The notes under the pieces are model-generated. The model made no database searches. It had not been told where the DNA came from and worked only from the letters and a program-made list of their open reading frames with translations. The position numbers and the translations under genes were made by a program. A stretch of DNA of 64,000 bases, taken from the NCBI RefSeq assembly GCF_006345805.1, contig NC_043011.1, forward strand, positions 40,932,464 to 40,996,463, given 5' to 3'. Origin of the DNA: Octopus sinensis (lineage: Eukaryota). Below, piece after piece: positions 1 to 11,966 of the stretch (its first letter is position 1; the number at the start of each line of letters is the position of its first letter).

Positions 1-94
1 ACTCAGAATGTAGAGGGCCTAGAAATGGAATCACAGGCAAATTTTCTGCTTCTTTAAGCCTGACGCTTTCATAGTAAAGCTTTCTATTACAGGG

Positions 95-270
95 AATGAG
101 GGAGTCGATGACATCCACTCCGGTGTTCAACTGGTACTTATTTTATTGACCGAGAATGGATGAAAAGCAAAGTCAACCTCATCGGAATTTGAACTCAGAA
201 AGTAAAGACGGACAAATTATTACAAAGTATTTTGCCCGACGTGCTAACGATTCTGCCAGCTCGCCACCTT
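95..270 (-). mobile_element. tRNA-derived SINE, family B
   Basis: Reverse complement matches the family head aggcggcgagctggcagaatcgttagcacg and the B-box-like gagttcaaattcc seen in more than 15 copies in the window; (AAT)n follows. Confidence 0.8.
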
Positions 271-280
271 TCATATTTTC

Positions 281-325
<45 letters not shown>

Positions 326-376
326 GTTCCTGATTTCAGATCAGCAATTTTTTGAGCGGAAGGGGTTAATCTACAA

Positions 377-471
377 CAGTGGTTCCCAACCTGGGGTCCG
401 CAGACCCCTGGTGGTCCTCAAAGGTAGTACTGGGCTTCCGTGAACGAAATTCAAAATTTCATATATATCTA

Positions 472-514
<43 letters not shown>

Positions 515-838
515 GTATGTATATAATAATTGCAGCGTGGAAGGTGCTGCACGGAATTTTATCAGTGAACAGGTCGCGGTCTCAAAGCGACAAAAATATT
601 TTGGCAAATTAAATTTAAATGTTGAAGTGAATCTAACGGTTTTTGTGTGTTTCTTAAATGGCTTATAAACACCTTCCACGCTGCAATTGTTTTCGTTCCA
701 GCACACGATCTCAGATCAGGTCACTTGCTATGAAAGTACATCTCCGTAATATATATATATATATATATATATAAGGATAAGCATATTAAAAGGGGTCCGT
801 GGGAAAACTCATTTAAGTAAAAAGGTTGGGAACCGTAG
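377..838. mobile_element. hAT-type non-autonomous element (MITE)
   Basis: Left end CAGTGGTTCCCAACCT (377-392) and right end AGGTTGGGAACCGTAG (823-838) form an imperfect TIR, with subterminal ggggtccg motifs typical of Charlie-like hAT MITEs. No clear 8-bp TSD. Confidence 0.65.
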
Positions 839-1309
839 CATCGATCTCAGTATGTAACAGGTGCATTATTTTATACATTGTTTTATCAATCGTAGATCAA
901 TGAAACTTAACCTCAGCAGAGTTTAAACTCCGAACGTTAAGAGCTGGGTTGAATTCCACGGAAACAATTTTTACAATACTCAAACAATTTTGCCAACGCG
1001 CCAATAACAACAACAACAACATCGAGAAAAGAATGCAGTAAATTCAGCTTAGCCAGATCGGCCAGACCGTCCCAGAGGACGTCAAAACACTTTCTAAAAC
1101 GTCCAAGAAGTTTCTGATAAATGAACAGTAAAAGAAACGGTAACCTCGATTTAAAATATAAATCACGGAGTTTAATTAGTAAGAAACGTCATTCTCATTA
1201 AATACACACGCACACAATAATTAAGTTAGTGTTAATATATTTAATGTAGTGAGTATCGAAAATCTAATTAGAAATATTTATGCAATGAGAAGACAACATT
1301 AGCTGCATG

Positions 1310-1670
1310 ACTAATAAGGTTTTAATTAAGTCGGAAAGCAAGGGGCGTGTTTCGGTATAATTGAATTTCATCAGCGAAGGACAAGTTTTACTGTACTGCC
1401 TGAAGTATAATAAGGAAAATCTCTAAATGGATGTATATTGTTATACGCGAGTTGACATTTTCGAATCTCCGTCGTTATCGATGATGACAAATTAGCTCTC
1501 TGACTAATAAGGAACGTGTTTGGGTTTGATATAATGTAATTTCGTCAGTGAACCACAGACTTCACCGTACTGCACAAAGTAACGTTAGGAAAATGGCTAA
1601 ATAGATGCATATTATAATGCGGGAGAGGATTTTAATGGACCTCCGTCGGTCTCGACGAGGAATTTCTCTT
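1310..1670. repeat. Degenerate two-copy tandem repeat, about 190-bp unit
   Basis: tgactaataagg...aatttc(a/g)tcag...tactgc...aggaaaat...ctccgtcg occurs at about 1310-1500 and again at about 1500-1670. Confidence 0.55.
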
Positions 1671-1675
1671 TCTTT

Positions 1676-2067
1676 CTCTTTTACTTGAGTCAATCATTTG
1701 AATGTAGCCATACTCGATCACCACCTTTAGTAGAGCAAATCGACCCCAGGACTTATTCTTTGTAAGCCTAGTACTTATTCTATCGGTCTCTTTTGCTGAA
1801 CAGCTAGGTTACGGGGACGTAAACACGCCAGCATTAGTTGTCAAGCGATGTTAGGTGGACAAACACAGACACACAAACATATACACACACATACATATAT
1901 ATGCATATATACGACAGGCTTCTTTCAGTTTCCGTCTACCAAATCCACTCGCAAGGCTTTAGTCGGCCCGAGGCTATAGTAGAAGACATTTGCCCAAGGT
2001 GCCACGCAGTGAGACTGAACCCGGAACCATGTGGCAAGCTACTTACCACACAGCCGCTCCTACGCCT
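1676..2067 (-). mobile_element. tRNA-derived SINE, family A (internal TA/TG microsatellite)
   Basis: Reverse complement has A-box-like tggctgtgtgg, a B-box-like region, the gcaccttgggcaa core, an internal microsatellite and a gtaaaagag tail. Confidence 0.85.
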
Positions 2068-3007
2068 ACGTTCAAATTGTTAGAACAACTGAACTATCTT
2101 CTCATTGCATTAGCATATACGTTGCCGAGTATTCCGAAAACTCGTGTAGCTTTAATGTAATCTTAAAACAGAACCATCGAAACTCAGTGTCACAAAGTTG
2201 GGCTTCCAAACAGTTTCCCATCCACCCAGTTTCACTCACAAAACTCGAGACTATGATAATACCTACCAAAGATGCCACACCTTGAGATCGAACGCCGCAG
2301 CTCCTCAAGATCGCGAAGGAAATTACTTTTAACCTTCAGTCATGATGTTTCTACCGAGAAAGACATGAGTAAGCATGGACAATCAATATAATTAAGAAAC
2401 ATAAGAAAACATTGATTAGACACGACGCAAGTATGGCTCTGTAGACAAGAAACTAAGTCTTATAATATTATCAGCCTCATGTATGCAAACTTGGTCAAAG
2501 GATGCACTTCGACACTCGGTGGTTGAATGATATTGCCAAAAGGGATAAGATACAACATTCGAAGGCAGTTTGGATCGATGTTAAGCCCCTGCTGCCTTGG
2601 TTTCCTTTTAGATAGAGGTAGTCTACGTCACACATTTGCTCATGTAGAAATTATGTGTACTGGTTAATATCTTCAGGGTTTTCACATCAATGGTTCCGAT
2701 TACATCAAGCGTCCAATCAAGCAGTCCAAATATTGGTATGTATGTATGTATGTATGTATGTATGTATGTATGTATGTATGTATGTATGTATGTATGTATA
2801 TATGTATGTAGGTAGGTAGGTTTATTCTCTTCTGTTTTTAATTATCTAAGTCATTCCTCTGAAGAAGGAGCTGGTTACTAACAAATATATAATGTTGGAA
2901 TGTAGATACCAAAAACAAAGTCACATTTTAGACTTAAGAAAACTCTAGCAGATTTTTACTGTTCCTCCTGCATATACATGTATGAGCATATGTATGTATA
3001 TATATAA

Positions 3008-3082
<75 letters not shown>

Positions 3083-3102
3083 TATATATATATATACATA
3101 TA

Positions 3103-3149
<47 letters not shown>

Positions 3150-3171
3150 TATTATATATATATATGTATGT

Positions 3172-3368
3172 ATTCTGGCAGTCACCATGATAGATCGTTA
3201 GCCACTACACACATTTTTCTCTCCTTATTTTTTCTGTGTCCCTTTCTGTAGAAGAGCGTGGGCACGAAACGTAAAAGACTTTCTCTATTCCTGAGCGTTA
3301 TACTAATACATCTGTTTGTTTTGTACACCACTTGTCTTCGCCTTTTGTTGTTTTCGTAAACTCTCCCT
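3172..3368 (+). mobile_element. Short Penelope-type pLTR element, family 1, with hammerhead-like motif
   Basis: Homologous to 4830-5010(-) and 61270-61412(+); contains cttt-CTGTAGA-A-GAGC-gtgg-GCAC-GAAACGT-A-aaag; embedded in (TA)n. Confidence 0.6.
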
Positions 3369-3380
3369 ATATATATTATA

Positions 3381-3444
<64 letters not shown>

Positions 3445-3706
3445 TACATATGCGGATGTGTTTTTAGTGTTTTATGTTTGTTTATGCCCCCACCGCTTGA
3501 TAACCCTCAACTTAAAGGCACAGCAAAATTCCCTATAAAATAAATTCCAGGCTTTAAAAAAAAGGAGTTTATTTACTTTTTTATTATTTAACTAAACCCC
3601 TCGAATCGGGCATCCAGCATGGCCGGGACCAAAAGATTGAAACGAGTAAAAGATAAAAGAGCTATACAGAGTTATCTCCTCTTCTGAAGAAATGATCTAA
3701 ATAATA

Positions 3707-4102
3707 CTTTCTACTCTAGGCACAAGGCCTGAAATTTGGAGGGAGGGGACTAGTCGATTACATCGACCCCAGTGCGTAACTGGTATTTAATTTATCGACC
3801 CCGAAAGGATGAAAGGCAAAGTCGACCTCAGCGGAATTTGAACTCAGAACGTAGCGGCAGACGAATACCAATTTCTTTACTGCCCACAAGGGGCTACACA
3901 CAGAGAGGACAAACAAGGACAGACAAACGGATTAAGCCGATTATATCAACCCCAGTGCGTAACTGGTACTTGATTTATCGATCCCGAAAGGATGAAAGGC
4001 AAAGTCGACCTCGGCAGAATTTGAACTCAGAACGTGGCGGGAGACGGAATACCGCTAAGCATTTCGCCCGGCATGCTAACGTTTCTGCCACCTCACCAGC
4101 TT
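3707..4102 (-). mobile_element. Composite SINE-B (two bodies) flanked by a 17-bp TSD
   Basis: Two SINE-B bodies joined through the tail ...agccccttgtgggcagtaaagaaatt|ggtattcgtc. Identical direct repeat aaatgatctaaataata at 3690-3706 and 4103-4119. Confidence 0.85.
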
Positions 4103-4389
4103 AAATGATCTAAATAATATCAATCATTAAGATAATGCTGTCTTTTCTTCAACGCATATTTCTTATCAATTTCTCTTTTTTCTCACTTTTCTGCATTAAG
4201 TATGTTAACATTAATTTAATTAACAACCTGTGTTGTATTTTATTCCCCTTCTGGGAGTCCTTTTCTATTATTCCATTGAAACATTTATGCTTCTTTGTCG
4301 ATGTATAAAATTAATTAGTCACCTTCGTGTTGTTCTTAATGCTGCCGTTGCTACTCTTGTTGTTGAAGTCATTCCTGCTGCTGCTGCTG

Positions 4390-4444
<55 letters not shown>

Positions 4445-4829
4445 AGTTGTTGTTGTCGTCATTACTGTTGTTGTCGTCATTGCTGTTGTTGTCTTTGAAG
4501 TTATTTCGTAGCCCCAAGCGAAAATTGATGTAGTAGACACATATTCTAAAATGTTTCATCGCATCATCTTTTTTTAAAATTTTTTTCCAGATATACTACA
4601 TATGTATGTAGAAATACATTCTCTAATGAATCCTTCGTTTTAAAGTCTGTTTGACGTGATATGAAAAGGATTTGGTCGGTATTTCTTACGGGCCTAACGA
4701 GAGCTCTAATACCTGCACGATTTTTTTTCTTGGTATTTTGTGTATCGAAGAGTTTAATACTATACATGCACACATACATGTATACATGCATATATACATG
4801 CATATATGTATACATACATGCATGTATAG

Positions 4830-5010
4830 TGAGAATTTACAAAAGAACAAATGACGAAGACGAGTGTGTAAACAACAAACGCTCGGGAAGTGAGAAAGTC
4901 TTTTACGTTTCGAGCCAACGCTCTTCGACAGAAAGGAAAACAGAAATAAACAGGGAGAGAAAATAGAAAAAGGTTTAGTGGTTAGCTATCTATCATGGCG
5001 AATGCCGGAC
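4830..5010 (-). mobile_element. Short Penelope-type pLTR element, family 1
   Basis: Reverse complement contains cttt-CTGTCGA-A-GAGC-gttg-GCTC-GAAACGT-A-aaag (4900-4935) and aligns with 3172-3368. Confidence 0.6.
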
Positions 5011-5021
5011 ACACACACACA

Positions 5022-5243
5022 TCAACATGTGATCTCTTGAGCACCACCAGCTCAAATATTTTCTCCTCTGTCTTCCCTCCTTGGGATCTTTCCTTCTCCT
5101 TGTTTCCGACGAAGAGCTCCGCTCGAAACGTTAAACCCTCCTTCCCTTCTTTCCTGAGCGTCAATAATCCTTTAATTGTTCCACGTCCTGCGTTGCTGTG
5201 TTTTTTTCTCTTTTTTTCTGTGTTTTCTTGTTTGGATTAACTT
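5022..5243 (+). mobile_element. Short Penelope-type pLTR element, family 2
   Basis: Homologous to 58540-58728; carries gttt-CCGACGA-A-GAGC-tcc-GCTC-GAAACGT-T-aaac (5102-5136); ends at (TA)n. Confidence 0.6.
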
Positions 5244-5289
5244 TATATATATATATATATATTCATACATACATACATACCTATATGGT

Positions 5290-5745
5290 AGATGTCCCCT
5301 CATGACCGAAAAGGACAAACAATAACCGTTGCCCACGTAAAGTACCACCAGTGACCGTATATGAGGTTATTGCACCAGCAGTCAACAAGGTTATTGCACC
5401 ACCAGGCCACCGCGGCACCATCATACTCCACAGGGCATCAGATATTTGCCTCACCCCCAGATGCACAGCCCGACATTTTAGTTCCAGCATCTCACTGTCT
5501 CTTTCCGCCCTACTCATATGAACAAGACACAAGCTAGGGCAAGATATCCAGCAGGAATATGATTAGCAGGCTCGGAAATAGCGGAGCCCCACGATTTGAA
5601 ACGCGACCAAAAGATGCCATTCCTTGCATATCTGGTCTTGTATCAGAGTGACTTTCTCCGAGACATGCTTTAACAAAAGTTAAGGGATTCCTAATTCCCA
5701 GTGGTCTGCGAACACTCCAAACATCAACACGGAATTGCTGAAGAT
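5290..5745 (-). pseudogene. Unassigned coding-like relic, probably a transposase fragment
   Basis: Higher-GC, complex sequence between microsatellites. Minus-strand frames read as protein (FWSRFKSWGSA...GYLAL / CLVHMSRAERDSEMLELKC...HLGVRQISDALWSMMVPRWPGG) across frameshifts. Family not identified. Confidence 0.3.
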
Positions 5746-5867
5746 CCGTGCATACATACATACATACATACCTGTATAGATACATGCTTATATACATACA
5801 CACACATACACATATAAAAGTGACAGACAGGTAGAAACAGATTTATATATATGTATGTATATATATG

Positions 5868-5898
<31 letters not shown>

Positions 5899-5908
5899 CT
5901 ATAAATAT

Positions 5909-5961
<53 letters not shown>

Positions 5962-6305
5962 TGTATGTATGTATGTATGTATGTAGGTAGGTAGGTAGGT
6001 AGGTAGGTAGGTAGGTAGGTATGATGAGTAGCTCATAGTCTGCATCCGAAAAGAACACAATACAAAAGACAGACTGAGTTGAATAACATTTTTATTAAAA
6101 AATTCCTAATAACCGTACAATAGTTTCATTGTGTATGCATTTCCTCAAATGCATATATCTTTGAGAAAATGCTTAAGCATTGTAACAATTGCACAGTTGA
6201 CTTCTTTATTTATAAATTATATCTATATACATATATGTACATACGTCTATTTATATAAATACATATGTGTAAGAATATAGCTAAATATACATGCTAATAT
6301 ATACA

Positions 6306-6341
<36 letters not shown>

Positions 6342-6649
6342 TGTATGTATGTATGTATGTATGTATGTATGTTTGTTAGTGTGTATCGGTGAGTGCTATT
6401 ATGTGTGTCTATATGCACATAAACTCATATATGCGAATATATATATATACACTTACAGTAACCATTGAAAAGTTATTTTGTTACTCTTTCAGTTCTTGCA
6501 TTTCTAATTACGTATATTTTTCTCTTTTTTTTTTCTTTTTGCTGGTTCAAAAACAATATAATTGTTTTTGAATCAATTGTGACTTTAATTTAGTGAAACA
6601 CAATGAAAACCATTTCGAACAAAAAATATCGATAAACTTATACGAGGGC

Positions 6650-6730
6650 AATTCATTGGCTACACATACACATGCACATACAACCGACACATTCTATATA
6701 TGAATGTATGTATATACATATGCATATGTA

Positions 6731-6805
<75 letters not shown>

Positions 6806-7276
6806 TATATATATATATGTATATATATGTATATATATGTATATATATATGTATATATATATGTATATATGTATATATATTACATTATGTATATACATAT
6901 GCACATATATATACATATATATATATACATGCATGTATATGCACATATATATGTGTATATGTACATATATATGCATGTATATATGTGTATATGTACATAT
7001 ATATACTTGTATATATACATATGTATGTATATATATATACATATGTATATATATACATTATGTATATATATGTATATATTGTATATATATGTATATATAT
7101 ATATGTATATATTGTATATATATGTATATATATACATTATGTATATATATACATATATATATACATATATATATCTATACATGCATGAATATGCACATAT
7201 ATATGTGTATATGTACATATATATGCATGTATATATGTGTATATGTACATATATATGCTTGTATATATATATATAT
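6650..7276. repeat. Compound TA/TG/CA microsatellite with internal block duplication
   Basis: About 620 bp of mostly alternating purine-pyrimidine sequence; an 80-bp block at about 6925-7005 recurs at about 7175-7260. Confidence 0.9.
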
Positions 7277-7651
7277 GAAAATTAAACAAGGAGATGAACT
7301 CTTGGGATGTTGTTAAACCATTTATATCTTGAATTCTGCTATATATCTTTCAGGGGATGCACTCCAAAATGTTCGACAAGATAAATTATTGACAGCAATG
7401 CATAGAAAATCCTATAAAATAAAAGTTCCTATAAAATGTAACGTTACATTTTATAGGACTTTCTACTTCTGTTAACATGTGTGTTTTGATGAGTTTGTTG
7501 ATTTTAACCTTCCTGATGAGATTGATGCATTGCTGACCATAATTTATCCTGTCGGGTATTTGGGAGTGCATCTGTCGAAACATATGTAGAAGAATTCAAG
7601 ATATAATTGTTTTAACAACGTCCCGAGAGTTCGTCTCATTGTTTAATTTTC
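7277..7651. repeat. Long fold-back inverted repeat (MITE-like) with central perfect palindrome
   Basis: Arms 7277-7402 and 7526-7651 are reverse complements at roughly 80% identity; 32-bp perfect palindrome tcctataaaatgtaacgttacattttatagga at 7427-7458. Confidence 0.85.
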
Positions 7652-8149
7652 CTATTTTCTACTAAATACGATTGACTATCCCAGATTTAAATCCTAGAAC
7701 ACTTAAGCAACATTTAGCTACCTTGTAATTATTCCCCTGGATTTTTCCTTTAAATTGTCTATATATATATACACTTAAACTTTTGGCATATTGGATAAAA
7801 TATTGTGCAGATCTTTTCATTTTGAAACTCCATTATTCATGGAGATGAAACTTGCCTGATTTAAAACGCGCAAATCATGGGAGAAGATCGTGTTTCATTC
7901 TGCAGTAAGCTTACAAAATTGCGCTTAAAATCAAAGAAGGTGAAACGGGTAAGATACGAAAAAGTATAAAAATTGAATTCTTGCACATAACGATACCTTA
8001 CGCTATTCAACCTAGCATGTTACCAAAATGAGTTATTGCACATGAATAAAAAAAATGACTAAATCCTCTCAAAAATCATTTCTGCTCTGCACGCAAGTTC
8101 TGCAGTTTTTTTAACAAAAGCAACGTCAAAGTTAGTCACCGTTGCCTTC

Positions 8150-8420
8150 GCAAATATAGAAACTAGAGTGTGGAACTAGGTAGTGGCTAAAATGCACCAG
8201 AGAAGAGGGTTAGATTTTCTGATGAACAGAAGCAAAATCAATGTAGAAACAACAACAGGATAAAACTAGCGGACAGTACCTTCAAATGCAATCACTACAG
8301 CCGGGACCGTAACTCATATGTGGGTCTTTATCGCTACAGCAATGGCTGCTCTGCCAACAAAACCTGAAGCAAGAAGTTTCTATGCGCAATTCTATGGTCT
8401 CACAAGACTAACGATGACTC
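8150..8420 (+). mobile_element. RTE-clade LINE 3' end, degenerate
   Basis: Translation STFKCNHYSRDRNSYVGLYRYSNGCS resembles the RTE C-terminal CxxCxRxCxSRxGLxSHxxxC finger, followed by a short 3' UTR and simple repeats. Confidence 0.55.
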
Positions 8421-8505
8421 CAGTAACAACAACTGTAGTGATACTAGCTAGAGTATTAGTTTCAAATAATATGTCACAAAGCCAGGATACTACTAGTACT
8501 ACTAC

Positions 8506-8593
<88 letters not shown>

Positions 8594-8607
8594 AATAATA
8601 ATAATAA

Positions 8608-8636
<29 letters not shown>

Positions 8637-8638
<2 letters not shown>

Positions 8639-9133
8639 GCTCTGATGCAGTACCAGGCAGTGGCTCTTGTGGCTTCTGATCTTAACTGATTGGAAGTGTT
8701 ATCATGTACATTGTTTAGTCTTCGTATAAAAGATGGGCTACAGCAAATATTCTGCTCAATACCACAGATTTGCTTGTCAGTTGTTTGACCTTAACCAGTT
8801 GAGCATGTCCCTTAGTGGCTGACGATATATGCGTCTCTGATCACGAACAGAAGTAATTGGGGGAGCATTGTAGCCATGTGTTGGGAGGAATTTTGGGGGG
8901 GGGGTGATATTTCACCTCTGGAAACATGGGTGTTTTGAACGGGAAGGGCTACTCGACCTGAGGAAAATTCTTACTGGGCACCACCTGCAAGTTCATGCAC
9001 TGTCTTTTTGATGTGAGATTACCATGTCGCCCACTTACGGTTGTGATGCATGTGCCTGGTGTACCATGATCAAGACGGGTAGTCATGATGGGTATATTGG
9101 GCTTCGTATATTTGACGCCAGTGTCACTCACTC
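8637..9133 (+). mobile_element. TAA-embedded non-coding element E, copy 1 (internal deletions)
   Basis: Starts atgctctgatgcagtaccaggc, ends cactcactc, with (TAA)n on both sides; homologous to 11967, 23999 and 39019. Confidence 0.8.
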
Positions 9134-9136
9134 AGG

Positions 9137-9174
<38 letters not shown>

Positions 9175-9237
9175 TTTTTTTAAATTTATTTATTTATTGC
9201 CCACGTGAGACTAAACACAGAGGGGACAATAAATAAT

Positions 9238-9269
<32 letters not shown>

Positions 9270-9292
9270 AAATAATAATAATAATAATAATA

Positions 9293-9777
9293 AAGGTCAC
9301 AGAAAACGAGAAAGCAACATACTCTGGGATATGCCGATACACACAGATAGAGAAATTAAGGCCAACAGACCAGATATAGTTGTCAGAGATCATGAAGAAA
9401 AAAATGCTTTCTAATTGATGTATCAATACCGGCTGATGACAACGTGTCTCTAAAAGAAATGGAGAAACTCTCAAAATACAAAGACCTGGAAATAGAGGTA
9501 ACTAGAATGTGGAATCTGAAAACAGAAACAATTCCTATCATAGTAGGTGCATTAGGCATGATAAAAAAATATTCAGACAAATACATAACAAAAACACCAG
9601 GACTTACAAACACATATAACATACAGAAAATTGCACTACTAGGCACTGCACACATCCTACGCAGAACACTTTCCATACAATAACCATCAGAGCATCACAA
9701 CAAATCACAGCACATACCCAAGGCATACAGAGCTGTGCTCGGTAGTGAAGTGAAAGCACGCTATAAAAATAAAACTA

Positions 9778-9780
<3 letters not shown>
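9293..9780 (+). mobile_element. R4/Dong LINE 5'-truncated copy (family Dong-1)
   Basis: Encodes ILWDMPIHTDREIKANRPDIVV...KEMEKLSKYKDL...ILRRTLSIQ (RLE endonuclease end); about 98% identical by eye to 16560-17044; inserted in (TAA)n. Confidence 0.95.
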
Positions 9781-9859
<79 letters not shown>

Positions 9860-9861
9860 GA

Positions 9862-9905
<44 letters not shown>

Positions 9906-10029
9906 TTATGAAACTTCCTGAATCATAATGTGATTGTAGAATACGAATCTCCGATTATATCATTCTAATGAAGTACTAGAATTAAATAAAATTAGCATCA
10001 GCAGTGGCATTTTCCAAGATGACTAGCTT

Positions 10030-11590
10030 ACACTTGTAAATTTTTGCATTGCTTGAATACCCCTTATAATTGAACTGAACAGAACAGGATATGGGCTTAA
10101 AACTCTACGGCAAAGACAAGGATGAGCTTGAAGGCCTAGAAACTGAAGATCTCAAATTCAGTCGTGTTAGACGTTTAGACAGTTTTAAAAGAACTTACTT
10201 AAAAATACCTAGGAATAAATTAATGTTCTGTCATTCAGCGTGCAAGCATGAAATAAGAACAGGAAGGAATGTTACAGGAGAATTCGAGTAGTCCTGAAAT
10301 CTGAGCTAAAGGCATATAATGTGGTGTTAGCCATAAATTCCAAGCAGGTCCAGTTGTTATTTATAGCTCCAATATGTCGAAGGGGGATATCGGTGAAATA
10401 AGAAAATTGACTGAAAAATACGTAAGCTGTTGGCATGTGATAAGATGCCCCACCCAAAGGCAGACATGGATTGTTTTTAGCTTTCCAGAACCCAAGGAGG
10501 TCGAGGCTTGATCTAATTTGAAATCTCTTACAAAATCAAAACAATTGGACTGGCCAAATATCTTGAGACAACTAATGACTGAATTCCAAAACGCGTTGAA
10601 AATCACGTATGATACCCAAGCTGAAGAGCCTGGGGGAAGTATGGAAAGCAAAGGTGAAATTAATGTCGAGGAGAAAATTGCAGGAACAATTAGTTGTTAG
10701 GTGGGAGTAGAAACCTCTGCATGGTAAGTGACACGAAATAAACAAGCTGATGTTGATCAGAAGCACCCCCATCAGTGGCTACGGAGCTCTAGGATAGACA
10801 GAGAGCGAAAGCTTCATCTTAGCTGCTGAAGAACCAAACCTATTGATCCAGAACTACCAAGCCAGTGTGATGGAAAATAGAATAGATCTAAAGTGCAGAT
10901 CCTGCAATGATGTGATTGGAACTGTGGACCATGTAATCTATGGAAGTATCGGTTGAGTATAAATCAGGACATGAAAGAGTTGGCCAATATCTACAATGGT
11001 TAGTATGTTGGCATTATAAAATCAAAACTATTGACAAATGGAATAAACGCTACTCTGAGGCTAAAACTGATGGAGAAAACGTAACGATTCTTTGGGACCA
11101 TCAAAACTAATAATCCGGATATTATTGTAAAAGATCAAAGCAATAATAAAATCCGTTTATTGATCGACATGAGTATTCCTTGTGATCATAATATTTAGGC
11201 AAAAGAATTCGATAAGCGCAAAAAATATCGATTTGCTCATTGAAATCGAAAAATGTGGCACCTGAAGGTGGTTCCAAATATCGTAGGAGCACTTGGAATG
11301 ATCAAAAAAGGAAATGAAATTTATTTGAGAACGATCCCTGATTTACCATCCATGCAAGAAGTGCAAAAGATTGTTTAACTGGTACGTTACACACGTTGAA
11401 AAGAGAATTGTTGCTGTGAGAACGATTACCACACATGTGACTTTTTTCACGTTATTTCATTTGATTTTGTAAATGAAAAATCTAGTGATTATTTTAATGG
11501 CCGACCAATGTAAACAGTAAGTTTCTTTGCCCATATTGTCAGGAAGATTGTCAACAAGAAATAGAAACAAAACTGAAAGAAGTAAAACAC
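10030..11590 (+). mobile_element. Old, internally deleted R4/Dong LINE (second family)
   Basis: Remnants of GIFQ(G)D, LKLYGK, NPDIIVKD...IDMSIPCD and IVGALGMIKKG, with many stops and deletions. Confidence 0.75.
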
Positions 11591-11599
11591 ATTAACATA

Positions 11600-11805
11600 A
11601 TTTCATTTCAAATTTTGGCACAAGCCAGCAGTTTTGGAGGAGAGGTAGATCGAGTGGATTGAGACCAGCGTCCATCTGTTATTTTATCGACTCCGAAAAG
11701 ATGAAAGATAAAGCCGACCTCGGCGCAATTTGAACTTAGAACGTAAAGGCAGGTGAAATGGCACTAAATATTGTGTCTGGTGTGCTAACGGCGCAGCTAG
11801 TTCGC
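11600..11805 (-). mobile_element. SINE family B, diverged
   Basis: gacctcggcgcaatttgaacttagaacgtaaag matches the family B reverse complement. Confidence 0.7.
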
Positions 11806-11808
11806 TAT

Positions 11809-11901
<93 letters not shown>

Positions 11902-11966
11902 AAGAAGAAGAAGAAGAAGAAGAAGAAGAAGAAGAAGAAGAAGAAGAAGAAGAAGAAGAAGAAGAC

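Noticed and set aside
2855-2950. ctgaagaaggagc ... gaaaactctagc partial hammerhead (similarly cctgaagagtag on minus near 61575)
   Set aside because: Helices I and II could not be closed; insufficient support.
6653-7316. Long ORFs rich in Y/I/M/C/H (and similar ORFs at 17.7, 21.5, 30.3-30.9, 38.0 and 53.3 kb; poly-N/K/L/T ORFs at 4.3, 8.3, 11.8, 12.4-13.1 and 27.6 kb)
   Set aside because: Translations of (TA)n, (CA)n, (AAT)n, (AAG)n and (ACT)n microsatellites that lack stops; not genes.
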